A stretch of 64,000 bases of DNA from Promethearchaeota archaeon (GCA_019057865.1 JAHLWP010000010.1:1-64000), one strand, 5' to 3'; counted from the first letter of the stretch, positions 51,624 to 62,619 are shown. Numbers and translations are program-made. The notes: generated from the sequence alone by a model not told the origin.

Positions 51624-52871
51624 ATGGGAAGACAAGTATGTATTGCAAGTGCAGGATTTAGTGAGCATGCTTCTAAGCGCTCCGATGTAAGTATGCCTGA
51701 ATTAGTGAGTGAAGCAATAGAAGATTGTTTAAAAAGAGTTCCTAGTGTTGATATTAAAGATATTGATGCTTATGTAAATGGTAATATGCCTGCATTTGAA
51801 GGTTCAAATATTCCGGAATTATGGATGACTGATTGGATGGGGGCTAGAAACAAACCACTAATGAGAGTTACAACAGGAGGAACTACAGGAGGTTCTGTAG
51901 CTATTTCTGGATATTATTCTGTTGCTGCTGGTTTACCAGGTGTTGATACTGTGTTAGCTATAGCTTTTGAACAACAATCTCAAGGAGACACTAGTGTAGG
52001 GCTTGCTAGCACAGCTTATGGAGAAATATCAGTTATGAACTCGTTAGGTATTCCTTATGATCAATTAACCCTTCTTTTTTCTGCTGGTGCAGCAATAGGA
52101 ATTGCTTCTTATCAAGCTACTAATTATATGCGCAAAAGTAAAATTACAGAAGAAGATTTAGCAAGAGTAGTTGTTCAAAATAGACATAATGCGGCAAAAA
52201 CATGGTGGGCTCATTTAAAAATGCCTAACCTCACAATTGAAGAAGTATTAGATACTCCATATATTTCATATCCTTTAAGATATGGAATGGTTTGTCCAGC
52301 TTCTGATGGAGCCTGTGCAATGCTCTTTACAACCGAGGAAAAAGCTAAAGATATGAGTGATATTCCCGTTTATGTTAATGGAGTGGGTAGTATTGCAACT
52401 GAAACTGCTCTTATTGGTTTTAATGGTAGTGGATCAGGACAACTAGACCTTTCTGAGCAATTAGGTGCTCAAAAGACTTCTGAATTAGCCTTTAGACAGG
52501 CAGGTGTTTCTTTTCCAAGGAAAGAAATTGATTATGCTGAGGTATATTCACCATTTCCTAACCAAGAGCTTATGTGGGTTGAGCAATTAGGTCTATTCGA
52601 AGAAAATACAGCTCCTAATATGTATGAGACAGGGGTAACTGCCTTAAATGGTGAATTACCCGTGAATTGTTCTGGTGGTGTCAATTCTACAAATGCTATA
52701 GGAGCATCGGCAATGGAAAGACCTGCTGTTGCTGCCTTACAAATTATGGGGGAAGCAAGTAATCAAGTTCCCAAGACGGTCCATACTGCTTTAGGACACG
52801 GATGGGGCGGGTATGTTAATTTAGTAACAATGATGGTTATGGCAGATGAGCCAACCAGAAAACTTAGGTAA
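51624..52871 (+). CDS. Thiolase-like protein, Ltp3-like
   Basis: KPLMRVTTGGTTGG, CPASDGACA, AEVYSPF, NAIGASA, ALGHGWGG. Confidence 0.85.
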   Translation: MGRQVCIASAGFSEHASKRSDVSMPELVSEAIEDCLKRVPSVDIKDIDAYVNGNMPAFEGSNIPELWMTDWMGARNKPLMRVTTGGTTGGSVAISGYYSVAAGLPGVDTVLAIAFEQQSQGDTSVGLASTAYGEISVMNSLGIPYDQLTLLFSAGAAIGIASYQATNYMRKSKITEEDLARVVVQNRHNAAKTWWAHLKMPNLTIEEVLDTPYISYPLRYGMVCPASDGACAMLFTTEEKAKDMSDIPVYVNGVGSIATETALIGFNGSGSGQLDLSEQLGAQKTSELAFRQAGVSFPRKEIDYAEVYSPFPNQELMWVEQLGLFEENTAPNMYETGVTALNGELPVNCSGGVNSTNAIGASAMERPAVAALQIMGEASNQVPKTVHTALGHGWGGYVNLVTMMVMADEPTRKLR

Positions 52872-52890
52872 AATATGGAGGAGATATAAA

Positions 52891-53421
52891 TTGTCTAAAA
52901 GAACGTTAAGAAAAACAATGGATTATGTTAAAAAAGAATATAAAAGAACTAGAATAATGCCAGCTAGTTGGTATTTATCCAGTTATAACTTTAAATTTAA
53001 TATTGCTCATATGAAACCATTTCTTGAAAAATTGAAACAAAAAAAGTTAGTCGGTTTGCAATGTTCAAGTTGTAATAGAGTATTTTTTCCGCCTCGCCAA
53101 GTCTGTGGTAAATGTCTTGTTAAACCAGATCGTTGGGTAGATTTACGTGAAACGGGGAGAGTAGCTTCATACACTATAACTTATTTAAAAGATCCCGAAA
53201 GTGGTGAAGTTTTAGAACGACCAATTATCTGTGCACAATTAGATGGGGCAGATACGTCATACCCAGCAACATTAAGTCCTGATGTTGAATTTAAGGACAC
53301 ATATATTGGAATGCCTATAAAAGTTCATTGGGCAGAAGATATTAGCGGTGGTATGATGGATATTGAATATTATGATTTAACTGAAGATGATGCCAAAGAT
53401 TTAGAATTACGTAAGGAATAA
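52891..53421 (+). CDS. DUF35 Zn-ribbon/OB-fold protein
   Basis: CSSCNRVFFPPRQVCGKC; TTG start at 52891 after GGAGGAG. Confidence 0.88.
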   Translation: MSKRTLRKTMDYVKKEYKRTRIMPASWYLSSYNFKFNIAHMKPFLEKLKQKKLVGLQCSSCNRVFFPPRQVCGKCLVKPDRWVDLRETGRVASYTITYLKDPESGEVLERPIICAQLDGADTSYPATLSPDVEFKDTYIGMPIKVHWAEDISGGMMDIEYYDLTEDDAKDLELRKE

Positions 53422-53487
53422 TAATATCTTTTCATTTTTTCTATTTTTTTCTTTTCCAACATAAAAAGAGTATCTGACTTGTAACTA

Positions 53488-54534
53488 CTATAAAAATTTT
53501 ACAAGTACTTTTCCTATTGTCGCAATGGTAAATTTTATATCATCCTCATTTATTCCATAATGAGTAACAAACCGAATTCTATGGTTAAAATTGAAGGTTT
53601 TAATTCCATTTTTATAAAGTTCAACCATCAATTTATCCATTGGTATTTTTAGTGGAAAATCTACCCAGAAAATATTTGTTTCTGGCTGTTGAACTTTAAT
53701 TGAGAACTCAAGATTCTTAAGACCTTCAGCAAGAAATTTAGCATTCTTATGATCCTCCTCCAGTCTTTTTATCCATTTCGGTTCAAGTGCTATTAAACCA
53801 AAACATGCAATAACTCCAGCTTGTCGCATCCCTCCTCCTAACATTTTTCGATATTTTCTTGCTTTTTCAATAAAATCGTATGACCCAGCAACAATAGAAC
53901 CAACTGGACACGAGAGACCTTTGGATAAACAAAACATAACACTATCAACATGTTGAGTAAAATCTGAAGCAGGTCTGTTAAGCGCTACCGAAGCATTAAA
54001 TAATCTTGCACCATCAAGATAGAATTTTAAATCATTTTTCCCTGCAAATTCCTTCATTTTATAAAGATCTTCAGGTTTGATTATAGTTCCTCCATGAAAA
54101 TTATGAGTATCCTCAGCACATAAAAGAGTTGTTGGAGGTTCATGAATATCTTCTTTATCTCGAATCAATTCTTGAAGTTCATCTAAGTTTGGCATAGCTT
54201 TATTTGATGAATAAGTACAAATCATTAATCCTCCGATTCGAGCAGCACTTCCTACCTCATGACCATAAATATGACTAAGTTCCTCAACCATTATTTCATC
54301 TCCAGGTGTGGTTTGAGATAATAAAGAAACAAGGTTTCCTTGTGTTCCTGAAGTGACAAATAATGCTGCTTCTTTTCCAACTATCTTTGCTGCTTTATCT
54401 TCCAACTCATTAACAGTTGGATCTTCTCTTTCAACATCATCACCTATCTTTGTATTATCCAACGATTTAACTACTTCCCACATTTCGGGAGATGGTTTTG
54501 TTACAGTATCAGAACGGAGATCAACAATTTTCAT
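53488..54534 (-). CDS. ltaE: Low-specificity L-threonine aldolase
   Basis: DLRSDTVTKP, SGTQGN, DGARLFNA, CLSKGLSCPVGS, GGGMRQAG; probable ATG at 54534. Confidence 0.93.
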   Translation of the reverse strand: MKIVDLRSDTVTKPSPEMWEVVKSLDNTKIGDDVEREDPTVNELEDKAAKIVGKEAALFVTSGTQGNLVSLLSQTTPGDEIMVEELSHIYGHEVGSAARIGGLMICTYSSNKAMPNLDELQELIRDKEDIHEPPTTLLCAEDTHNFHGGTIIKPEDLYKMKEFAGKNDLKFYLDGARLFNASVALNRPASDFTQHVDSVMFCLSKGLSCPVGSIVAGSYDFIEKARKYRKMLGGGMRQAGVIACFGLIALEPKWIKRLEEDHKNAKFLAEGLKNLEFSIKVQQPETNIFWVDFPLKIPMDKLMVELYKNGIKTFNFNHRIRFVTHYGINEDDIKFTIATIGKVLVKFL

Positions 54535-54628
54535 TTTAATCAAAATCTTAAGTATATTATTTTATGTTTTTATAATGTATCATAGAAATAAAAAATTATT
54601 AACAGTATTTTTCATTGAAGTTTTTAAT

Positions 54629-55015
54629 ATGAACAATTTTAGAAAAATTGACGAAAACATACAGTTTCCAGAAGTTACCGGTAATTTTATTGTGGTCTAT
54701 GAAGATCAGGACATCTATTTATATGGATGGATTGCACTTGATAAGACTTTTGATAATTTTTGCTCTTTTTTACAAGAAGAAATAGAATATTCCTGGGGTT
54801 TTGAATACGCAGATATGAACGATTACTTAATTTTCTATATTAATATGAATGATAAAAATCAATTAAAAGAAATATCTGATAATCAATATTATCAAAATAT
54901 TCGAAAGCAAGATGAAATTTTCATAGTAGTATTACATAAAAAAATCAAATATCGAATTATAGAAAATATTCCACCAGTATACGATTGGTTTATGGAAGAT
55001 TTTTCAAGTTTTTAA
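54629..55015 (+). CDS. Hypothetical protein (MNNFRKID...)
   Basis: 3' part of the ORF-track entry; its 5' part is antisense to ltaE. Confidence 0.6.
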   Translation: MNNFRKIDENIQFPEVTGNFIVVYEDQDIYLYGWIALDKTFDNFCSFLQEEIEYSWGFEYADMNDYLIFYINMNDKNQLKEISDNQYYQNIRKQDEIFIVVLHKKIKYRIIENIPPVYDWFMEDFSSF

Positions 55016-55115
55016 TCTTCTACTTAAAATTTCAAAAAATTCAGAAAAAAAAAAAAAATTAAAGATTATTTTTTTAATAATTTCCCGTTATTTTTATTTG
55101 AGGTTCTTTGACAAA

Positions 55116-55868
55116 TTACAAACCTGGAATTCCTGTCCGTTTGTGGATGATCTCCAGTATCTTGGTGATAAATGTGATTGTAATTAAAAAGATCATAGTT
55201 GTAAGGACGTATGTAGTGAGTGGATAAAACGTCTTATGAGCGATAACGTCTGCCTGAAAAAATAATTCCTCCACTCCTCCAATAAAATAGATAAGGACAG
55301 TATATTTTGGAAGATAAGCAGCTTCATTGGACCAAGCAGGGATAACACGGCGCAAAGCTTGTGGTAATACGATATGGTGAATACTAGCAATACGTGACAT
55401 TCCCAGCGAGCGTGCAGCTTCTAATTACCCAGTTCCAACAGAAATAATGGCTCCACGGAGATATTCAGCTTGATAAACCGCACTATTAAGACTCAGCGTG
55501 AGTATACCCACAAATATTGGGTAATCCATAAGCTTCAGAGTGATGTCTCTATCTAGCATTCTAAAGCTAGTCTTTAAACTCCAACTTCCAACAGGGATAT
55601 TTAAGCTAACGGGAAGAAAATAAATGAATAATAATTGCGCGAGCAAAGGTGTACCACGTATAATCTCAATGTACCCAGTAGCAATCCGTGAAAGAATCCT
55701 CCCTCCGTACTGGCGAAGTATGCTAAGGATAAGACCAAGCAAAAAGCCCATCAAAAGTGCGCATCCATACAACCACATCGTCAATAAAAAACCTGAGAAG
55801 ATATGATCCCAGGATTTCAGTACAGCAAAAATTTCCTTAATGGGGTTGGGACTAGCTTGAAATATCAT
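55116..55868 (-). pseudogene. Amino-acid ABC permease with one premature TAA
   Basis: SVGTG*LEAARSLGMS versus SVGTEQLVAAQSLGMS in the intact paralog; both halves are in the same frame. Confidence 0.88.
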
Positions 55869-56595
55869 TTACTTTCCTCCTCATATGATTGCTTTAAAAG
55901 CCCTTCATGGCTTCCATATAATATCTGAAGCTGTTTGAGAAATTTTTTTACTCGATCAGACTTAGGCGAGGTGAAGAAATGTTTAGGAGTTCCCCGTTCT
56001 AAGATAACTCCATCACCGAGAAAAATCATTTCTGATGCAACAGCTCTCGCGAAACCCATTTCGTGAGTGACAACTATCATTGTAGTACCTGCTTTAGCAA
56101 TATCCAACATCACTTGGAGTACTTCGCCAATCAGTTCAGGATCTAAAGCAGAAGTAGGCTCGTCAAACAAGATTACATCTGGCTCCATGGCCAAAGCACA
56201 TGCAATACCTACACGTTGTTGTTGTCCACCGGATAGTTCTGCAGGATAGTGATCAGCCCATTGCTCCATTTTAACTTGTTGCAATGCCTCTAGTGCCTTT
56301 GCGCGAGCTTCTTCCTTTAAAAGACCTTTCACCCGGCGAAGCCCTATACTAACATTATCTATCGCTTTGAGATGAGCAAATAGATTAAAATGTTGGAATA
56401 CCATGCCGATCCTTGCTCGTATCGTATTAAGATTTATTCCAGATGCCATAAGATTCTGTCCACGAAGATATACTTCACCCTTATCTGGTGGGCTTAGCAT
56501 ATTGATGCAACGAAGTAGTGTACTTTTACCAGAACCACTTGGCCCAAATATTATCTTGACTTCTCGCTCTGCTACTTCGAGTGAAACACCCTTAA
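55865..56595 (-). pseudogene. 5'-truncated amino-acid ABC ATPase (GlnQ-like)
   Basis: Homology to 59621-60412 starts at [15 protein letters not shown]; about 20 N-terminal codons missing. Confidence 0.85.
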
Positions 56596-57170
56596 TAAAT
56601 CCGGAGCAATTCCAAGGTAAAGATTTAATGGTATTTCCCTGTTTAGTGTCACATTCAAAATTTTCTCAGAGGGGAATTGGGAAACAATTAATTGAAGCGG
56701 CAGAGAAAGAAACTTTCAATCAAAAGCGAAAGGGAATTGCAACGATTGGTTATTTTTGGGATTTTTGGTTTATGCCTGCAAAGTATTTTTTAAACCTTGG
56801 TTTTAAAGTCGTGGTAAGGAGGGGTGAAGAAGCAATATTATGGAAACAGTTTGATCAAACTGCAGAACCACCTACATTTAGGGAAGAAAACTATAAATTT
56901 AAACCCATTAAAGGAAAAGTGGTAATAGATCTATTTTGGAGTACTTTCTGTTTAACCAGTGATGTTGAAGCCCAAAGAGTTCGAGAAATAGTCTCAGAAT
57001 ATGGAGGTACTGTGATTTTAAATGAATATTCTGCTGATAATCAATCAATTTTACAACAATATGGTATTTCTCGAAGAATCTATGTGAATGGTAAAATAGT
57101 TGAAGTGGGTCCAGAAATAGAAAAAGAAGAGCTTAGACAAGAAATTGAAAATGCTAAAATAAAGATTTAG
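56595..57170 (+). pseudogene. 5'-truncated GNAT (YoaP-like) acetyltransferase with thioredoxin-like C-terminus
   Basis: [27 protein letters not shown]; the upstream part of the ORF is antisense ABC ATPase sequence. Confidence 0.7.
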
Positions 57171-58303
57171 CTTTGCGAATTTTTTAACTCCATAAGTAAT
57201 TCATGTATGCGACTAAGTGCTTGGGTAAGGTAATCTTGCGGCAGTCCAAAACCAATCCGAAGGAACTTGTCCATACCGAAAAAATCCCCTGGTATAATGA
57301 GTACATTCTTTTCCTTTCGCAAACGCTCTGCAAATTCAGTAGAATTGATATCTAAGTGATAACGTAAGAAAAGGATTGCAGCTGCTTGTGGAGGTATAAA
57401 ACTGAATGTATTTTTGTGGTTATCCATCCATGATTGTAAAACCAGATATCCATTACGAATGAACTTACGAGTACGCTTGATAATGCGCGGTCTTACTTTA
57501 GGGGACAAGGCGATCGCAGCGAGTTTGTTTGATAACATCGTGGCACTGATTGTAGTATACTCGTGTCTAGCCCAAATATTATCTATAGTATCAATAGGAC
57601 CGAGTACCCAGCCAATACGAAGTCCAGGTAAACCATATGCTTTACTCATACTACCCACCGCTAGTACTTTGTCGTATCGTCCATAAAATGAAGGAGTTTG
57701 ATCGTTTATCAAACGTTCAGCACCAATATAGACTTCATCGGCCAAAATCCATGCACCAACTCGTTCTGCTGCATTAACAATAGCATCCATTTCATTCTCA
57801 GTAAGGATATAACCAGTAGGGTTATTAGGATTACATACGGCGATGAGTTTGGTATTTTTTGTCACTTTTTCTTGTAATTCATCTAAGTCAGGTGCCCAAC
57901 CATTTTCCTCGAGTAGATGGAGTTTTCTTAACCTAAAATTATTGTTCTTGGCAATACCCCAAATTTGCATGTAATTTGGTAGCATCATGACGATTTCATC
58001 ACCAGCAGCAAGTAACGTACGGATAGCATTATAATTGGCTTCAATTGCCCCTACCGTAACCAAAACATTGTCCGCCGTAGCACCATCATATAACGCAGCA
58101 ATATTTTCCCTTAGTTCGGGGATGCCATTAACATGTGGATAATTCAGATCAGTAGCAAGAAGATGATTGATATAATCTGGATCATCTGAAAGTAATTCGC
58201 TGAGCGACATTGGATGAACACTACTTTCGGTCAGGTTGAACTCAACATCCTGCTCAAACTTGGACATCCAGCGTTCTTTAGCAAAGGGTTGAAATTTTTG
58301 CAT
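57167..58303 (-). CDS. Class I/II PLP aminotransferase
   Basis: NPNNPTG, DEVY, SMSKAYGLPGLRIGW. Confidence 0.93.
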   Translation of the reverse strand: MQKFQPFAKERWMSKFEQDVEFNLTESSVHPMSLSELLSDDPDYINHLLATDLNYPHVNGIPELRENIAALYDGATADNVLVTVGAIEANYNAIRTLLAAGDEIVMMLPNYMQIWGIAKNNNFRLRKLHLLEENGWAPDLDELQEKVTKNTKLIAVCNPNNPTGYILTENEMDAIVNAAERVGAWILADEVYIGAERLINDQTPSFYGRYDKVLAVGSMSKAYGLPGLRIGWVLGPIDTIDNIWARHEYTTISATMLSNKLAAIALSPKVRPRIIKRTRKFIRNGYLVLQSWMDNHKNTFSFIPPQAAAILFLRYHLDINSTEFAERLRKEKNVLIIPGDFFGMDKFLRIGFGLPQDYLTQALSRIHELLMELKNSQS

Positions 58304-58482
58304 TTTATTGTTTTACTATTTGGAATTAATTTAAAAGAGTATTAAATCTATTTTAAATCTTCTTTGATCTATTATTTTTCTTAATCAATTGTACAATTAT
58401 TCTAGTTGATAAATCGAAGTATGTCTCTAGGTTACCTTAAATCAACATTTCAATTAAGAATTTCAATATTATTCTAATATAT

Positions 58483-58701
58483 CTATATACGTATATACGT
58501 GACAATTCCTTCTAATGTGTCTGTTGAAATCACGCTTCCAGTACTAAAATGGTCTGATGTTACCCAGTTTGGATTTATCAAGATTTTTTCTTCTGAATTG
58601 GTGATAAAATCTTTTAAAGGGATCAATTTAAGGGTTCTTAAAACTACCGCTTGAGTCGTTTCATGAGATCCTCTTTTAACAACGTAGACTTTCGTTTTCA
58701 T
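58483..58701 (-). pseudogene. N-terminal fragment of a DUF362 protein
   Basis: KILINPNWV...GSVISTDTLEGIV resembles the DUF362 KPN...T motif, then terminates. Confidence 0.55.
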
Positions 58702-58874
58702 TTTTGTAACATTTAATTCAAATGAAAGGATTAAAATATCAAATTATATAAATTACTGAACTAAAAACGATAGGTGTTAAAAAAAAAAAAATTTTATAAT
58801 TTAATTATTATCTTTTACATAACTAAAAGTTGAGGGCTCTCATTTTTTTCAATAGGTAGTAATTATTGGGCATC

Positions 58875-59624
58875 CTACAATCCCGGAATCGCCGTTCGTT
58901 TGTGGATGACATCTAGTACTTTGGAAACAGTTGAGATCAAGACTATAAAGATGATAGCGATAATAATGAATGTAGCCTCTGGGATAAACTCCCTAAATAC
59001 GAGATAGTGAGCCTTGCCAAAAAGTTCTGGTACTCCAATATACCAGACAACTATAGTATATTTCGGAAGATAGGCGGCTTCGTTGGACCATGCAGGAATA
59101 ACACGGCGTAAAGCCTGTGGCAACACGATATGGACTATACCCGCCCGACGAGACATACCCAGCGATTGGGCAGCTACTAGTTGCTCAGTACCAACAGATG
59201 TAATAGCACCACGGAGGTATTCAGCTTGATAAGCCGCACTATTAAGACCTAAAGCGAGGATACCTACTAAAATTTCTGGATTTAAAAAGATGAAAGTCAT
59301 CTCCCTATTACTGATTCTAAAGTTAGTGTAGAAGGCCCACCTTTTAATGGGGATATTCAAGCTATAAGGGAGAAAGTATAGGAGTAATATCTGTGCTAGT
59401 AAAGGTGTACCCCGCACAATTTCGATGTACCCAGTAGCAATCCGTGAAATAATTGCCCCCCCATATTGGCGAAGAATGGCGAGGAAAAGGCCAAGAAAAA
59501 AGCCTATCACTAGTGCCCATACATATAACCAAATCATCATTGTAAAACCTTCTAGGATTTCATCCCAGTATTCTAGTACGGTAAGTAAGTCCTGAATTTC
59601 CTGAGGGAGAGCTTGGAACATCAT
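58875..59624 (-). CDS. Polar amino-acid ABC transporter permease
   Basis: RGTPLLAQ, SAAYQAEYLRGAI, AAQSLGMS, LPQALRR. Confidence 0.93.
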   Translation of the reverse strand: MMFQALPQEIQDLLTVLEYWDEILEGFTMMIWLYVWALVIGFFLGLFLAILRQYGGAIISRIATGYIEIVRGTPLLAQILLLYFLPYSLNIPIKRWAFYTNFRISNREMTFIFLNPEILVGILALGLNSAAYQAEYLRGAITSVGTEQLVAAQSLGMSRRAGIVHIVLPQALRRVIPAWSNEAAYLPKYTIVVWYIGVPELFGKAHYLVFREFIPEATFIIIAIIFIVLISTVSKVLDVIHKRTAIPGL

Positions 59625-60412
59625 TTGTTTTCGTCCTCATTTGACAATTTCAGAAGTCCTTCATGGCCTCCGTATAAAATATCAAGTTGCTTAAGAAAAG
59701 CTTTCACACGATCAGACTTTGGTGAGACGAAGAAATGTTGCGGGGTTCCTCGTTCTATTATGACGCCATCACCGAGGAAAAGCATTTCTGATGAAACAGC
59801 TCTTGCGAATCCCATTTCGTGAGTTACTACTATCATTGTAGTACCAGTTTTAGCAAGATCCAACATTGCTTGAAGTACTTCACCAATCAGTTCAGGATCC
59901 AAAGCAGAGGTTGGTTCATCAAACAAAATAACTTCAGGCTCCATTACCAATGCACGTGCAATACCTACACGCTGTTGTTGACCACCGGATAATTGTGCAG
60001 GATAATGATCAGCCCATTCCGCCATCCTTACTTGATGTAAAGCTTTCGATGCCTTCGAGCGAGCCTCTTCCTTTGATACACCTTTTACTCGGTGAAGACC
60101 GATACTAACGTTATCTATTGCTCTGAGATGCGCAAAAAGATTAAAATGTTGGAATACCATACCGATATTTGCTCGCATTTTGTTAAGATTGATTCCAGGC
60201 TCCATTAGATTCTGTTCCGAGAGATATACCTCTCCTTGGTCTGGTGGATCCAGCATATTGATGCAACGAAGCAATGTGCTCTTACCAGAGCCGCTTGGTC
60301 CAAAGATAACCTTCACCTCTCGTTCCATTAACTCAAATGAGATCCCCTTAAGAACCTCCAATTCTCCATATGATTTCCACACATCAACGATGCGTAGCAC
60401 GGATTTACCCAT
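59621..60412 (-). CDS. glnQ: Polar amino-acid ABC transporter ATPase
   Basis: [38 protein letters not shown]. Confidence 0.95.
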   Translation of the reverse strand: MGKSVLRIVDVWKSYGELEVLKGISFELMEREVKVIFGPSGSGKSTLLRCINMLDPPDQGEVYLSEQNLMEPGINLNKMRANIGMVFQHFNLFAHLRAIDNVSIGLHRVKGVSKEEARSKASKALHQVRMAEWADHYPAQLSGGQQQRVGIARALVMEPEVILFDEPTSALDPELIGEVLQAMLDLAKTGTTMIVVTHEMGFARAVSSEMLFLGDGVIIERGTPQHFFVSPKSDRVKAFLKQLDILYGGHEGLLKLSNEDENK

Positions 60413-60414
60413 CT

Positions 60415-61143
60415 TTATCCACCTCCCATTCCCAACTCTTCAAGTTTCTTGGTTTGCCGTTCGCCAAATAATCTTGTTATAGGATAGGTGAATAGAAAAT
60501 ATATAATCGCCACAATACCTATGGATAGAGCCCATAAATCAACGAAATTTGATGATATCTGTAAGGACGCGTTCGTCATCTCGACAATTCCAACCGTGAG
60601 GGCAAAGGATGAATCCTTGATGACCACCGCATATTCATTCGACCAGCTAGGAACCGCTAGCCGTAAGGCTTGTGGTAATATAATAGTTCGTAAAGCTTGG
60701 AAACGGCTCATCCCCAATGCACGAGCAGCCTCCTCCTGCCCTGGATTCACAGATAGAAGAGCGCCCCGAAAAATCTGAGATTGGTAAGCACCACTGCGAA
60801 GGGCAAGTGCCAAAATTACACCGACAAGCGGCCTATAACGTAGCTCTATGCCATAACATCTATTACCAAAGCAAATCTCATACAAATAAGTTAGATAAAT
60901 AGCAAAAATGAATATCAGAACCAGAATTGGGATTCCACGAAATATTTTTTCATAGCCACTCGCTAACCAATTAAGTTCTTTACCACCATAAACGCGCATA
61001 ATTGCCAGTGATAAACCTATCACAAACCCACCTAATAGACCTAGAGCTGTGAGCAATAATGTTGCAGGCAATCCTTTCGAAAGAATATAAAAAAAAATTT
61101 CAGCGGAATTGGGAGGATTCGGAATGCTGTTCACCCAAACCAT
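60415..61143 (-). CDS. Polar amino-acid ABC transporter permease
   Basis: FRGIPILV, GQEEAARALGMS, KDSS. Confidence 0.92.
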   Translation of the reverse strand: MVWVNSIPNPPNSAEIFFYILSKGLPATLLLTALGLLGGFVIGLSLAIMRVYGGKELNWLASGYEKIFRGIPILVLIFIFAIYLTYLYEICFGNRCYGIELRYRPLVGVILALALRSGAYQSQIFRGALLSVNPGQEEAARALGMSRFQALRTIILPQALRLAVPSWSNEYAVVIKDSSFALTVGIVEMTNASLQISSNFVDLWALSIGIVAIIYFLFTYPITRLFGERQTKKLEELGMGGG

Positions 61144-61928
61144 TTTTCGATGAGTAAATCCATAGTTCCATCTCCAAAGGCATTAAGGATGACTGTATTG
61201 ATTTCTTTCATCAGCTCGGGTTCTTCCCAACGACACCAAAGTGCTGTAGGCTCAGCTGGTACTGTGAATATAGACTTAAATGCGTATGTTTTGGCATAGA
61301 CGGTAAAAACTGGTTCATCTACAAATGCAGCATCAATCGTTCCAGCATCTAATGCGGCCATAAGTATGTTAGCTTTAGGGTATACTAAAAGATCTACGCC
61401 TTCAGTCATGCCGAGGTCTAATAAGGTATCATGCTGTGTGGTACCCGATTGAACACCAACAGTGTAAGCTGTAATTTCATCTAAACTAGTGATATTAATC
61501 GTTGAGGCAGTCTTGACGATGACAACCTCAGTTACACGAATGTAGGGCACGGAATGCGCGAGTTGTTCTGCACGAGTTGGTGTAACCATCATTGCAGCCG
61601 CAATCATATCGATAGTGCCTGCTTTACAAGCACCAATCAAGATATCAAAATCCATATCTGTCATCCTTAGGCTAACATTGAGATGCGCAGCTATCATGGC
61701 TGACAGATCGACGTCGAAACCTTGCCACTCATCCGCAGTAACATTAAATATCTCAAAAGGGGGCCATGGTTCATCAGTTCCCACATAAATATAGCCTCGA
61801 TCCTGAATCTCCTCGAGTAATGTCTTCCCTTCTGGTTCTGCGGTAAGAAGTGGAGGTATAAACCATCCAAGACCGAATCCAACTGCGAGACCAACTATAA
61901 TACCTAATATAGCAAATTCTCTTTTCAT
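61131..61928 (-). CDS. Polar amino-acid ABC substrate-binding protein (SBP family 3) with N-terminal TM anchor
   Basis: VGTDEPWPPFE, GFDVDL, GVQSGTT, LIEKWFG. Confidence 0.93.
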   Translation of the reverse strand: MKREFAILGIIVGLAVGFGLGWFIPPLLTAEPEGKTLLEEIQDRGYIYVGTDEPWPPFEIFNVTADEWQGFDVDLSAMIAAHLNVSLRMTDMDFDILIGACKAGTIDMIAAAMMVTPTRAEQLAHSVPYIRVTEVVIVKTASTINITSLDEITAYTVGVQSGTTQHDTLLDLGMTEGVDLLVYPKANILMAALDAGTIDAAFVDEPVFTVYAKTYAFKSIFTVPAEPTALWCRWEEPELMKEINTVILNAFGDGTMDLLIEKWFG

Positions 61929-62245
61929 ATAATTATCATCTCCTTATTTTTAATTATAGATAATTTCTGTATTGTTATTTTTGGAAAAATTTCTATGTTG
62001 AAATATTCAATGAGTAAACTTATAAAGATTTCCATCTTTGTTTTAACAATATTAATTATTTCTATCCTTAAAATTTTTATTGAGTAATCGAAATAGTATA
62101 TATTATATTTCATTATTTATCGTAAATTTGTAAGATATAACTAAATGTAGGGGAAATGTTACATTTCTTTACTATTTTTAGTTCAAATAACAATCATAAA
62201 AAAACAATTATATTATAAAAAAGAAAAAAAATTTGTAAAATCTAA

Positions 62246-62617
62246 TTAATTTGCTTTTAAAACTAATGTTATAGCTCTCGTTAAACGAATAATATCCATT
62301 ACTTTACCTTTCTCTACATTAATTTCTTCACGACTAATGGCATGCGTGAAATCACCTTTTCCATTACAAATTTTAACGATTGAATTAGGATCTCCAGACA
62401 TAACAATAACTGAATCTGATTTGGTCCCTTCTAACAAAATTGCTTTGCGGTTTTTAATATCTACATAAAAAGGGTCTTCAATATCAAGGTTGAATTGAAA
62501 TGACATTTCCCAATCAACGTCCTTCCCAGCAATATTAGTTACAAAAACAACTTGAGCTTTTTCATTTTGGTTTATTTTTTCAATAATTTTTGTTAAATTA
62601 TCTCTTGCTATACCCAT
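62246..62617 (-). CDS. SCP2 sterol/lipid-carrier-like protein
   Basis: Size, beta/alpha pattern (FYVDIKN..A....G..SD...M.GD...G...I.V..G..MD) and thiolase-DUF35 context. Confidence 0.7.
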   Translation of the reverse strand: MGIARDNLTKIIEKINQNEKAQVVFVTNIAGKDVDWEMSFQFNLDIEDPFYVDIKNRKAILLEGTKSDSVIVMSGDPNSIVKICNGKGDFTHAISREEINVEKGKVMDIIRLTRAITLVLKAN

Positions 62618-62619
62618 TT

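Noticed and set aside
24311-54543. Recurrent MIKM N-termini (mtd, glpD, ltaE)
   Set aside because: Artefact of TTGAT(T/A)AAA before the true ATG, probably a partial SD-like TGAT site rather than a peptide motif.
55425-55427. Premature TAA in the permease as recoding or an intron
   Set aside because: A single CAA-to-TAA type change with no insert, in an operon copy that is also truncated upstream.
58483-58500. Palindrome TATATACGTATATA at the end of the DUF362 fragment as an intron
   Set aside because: No downstream continuation of the DUF362 frame was found.
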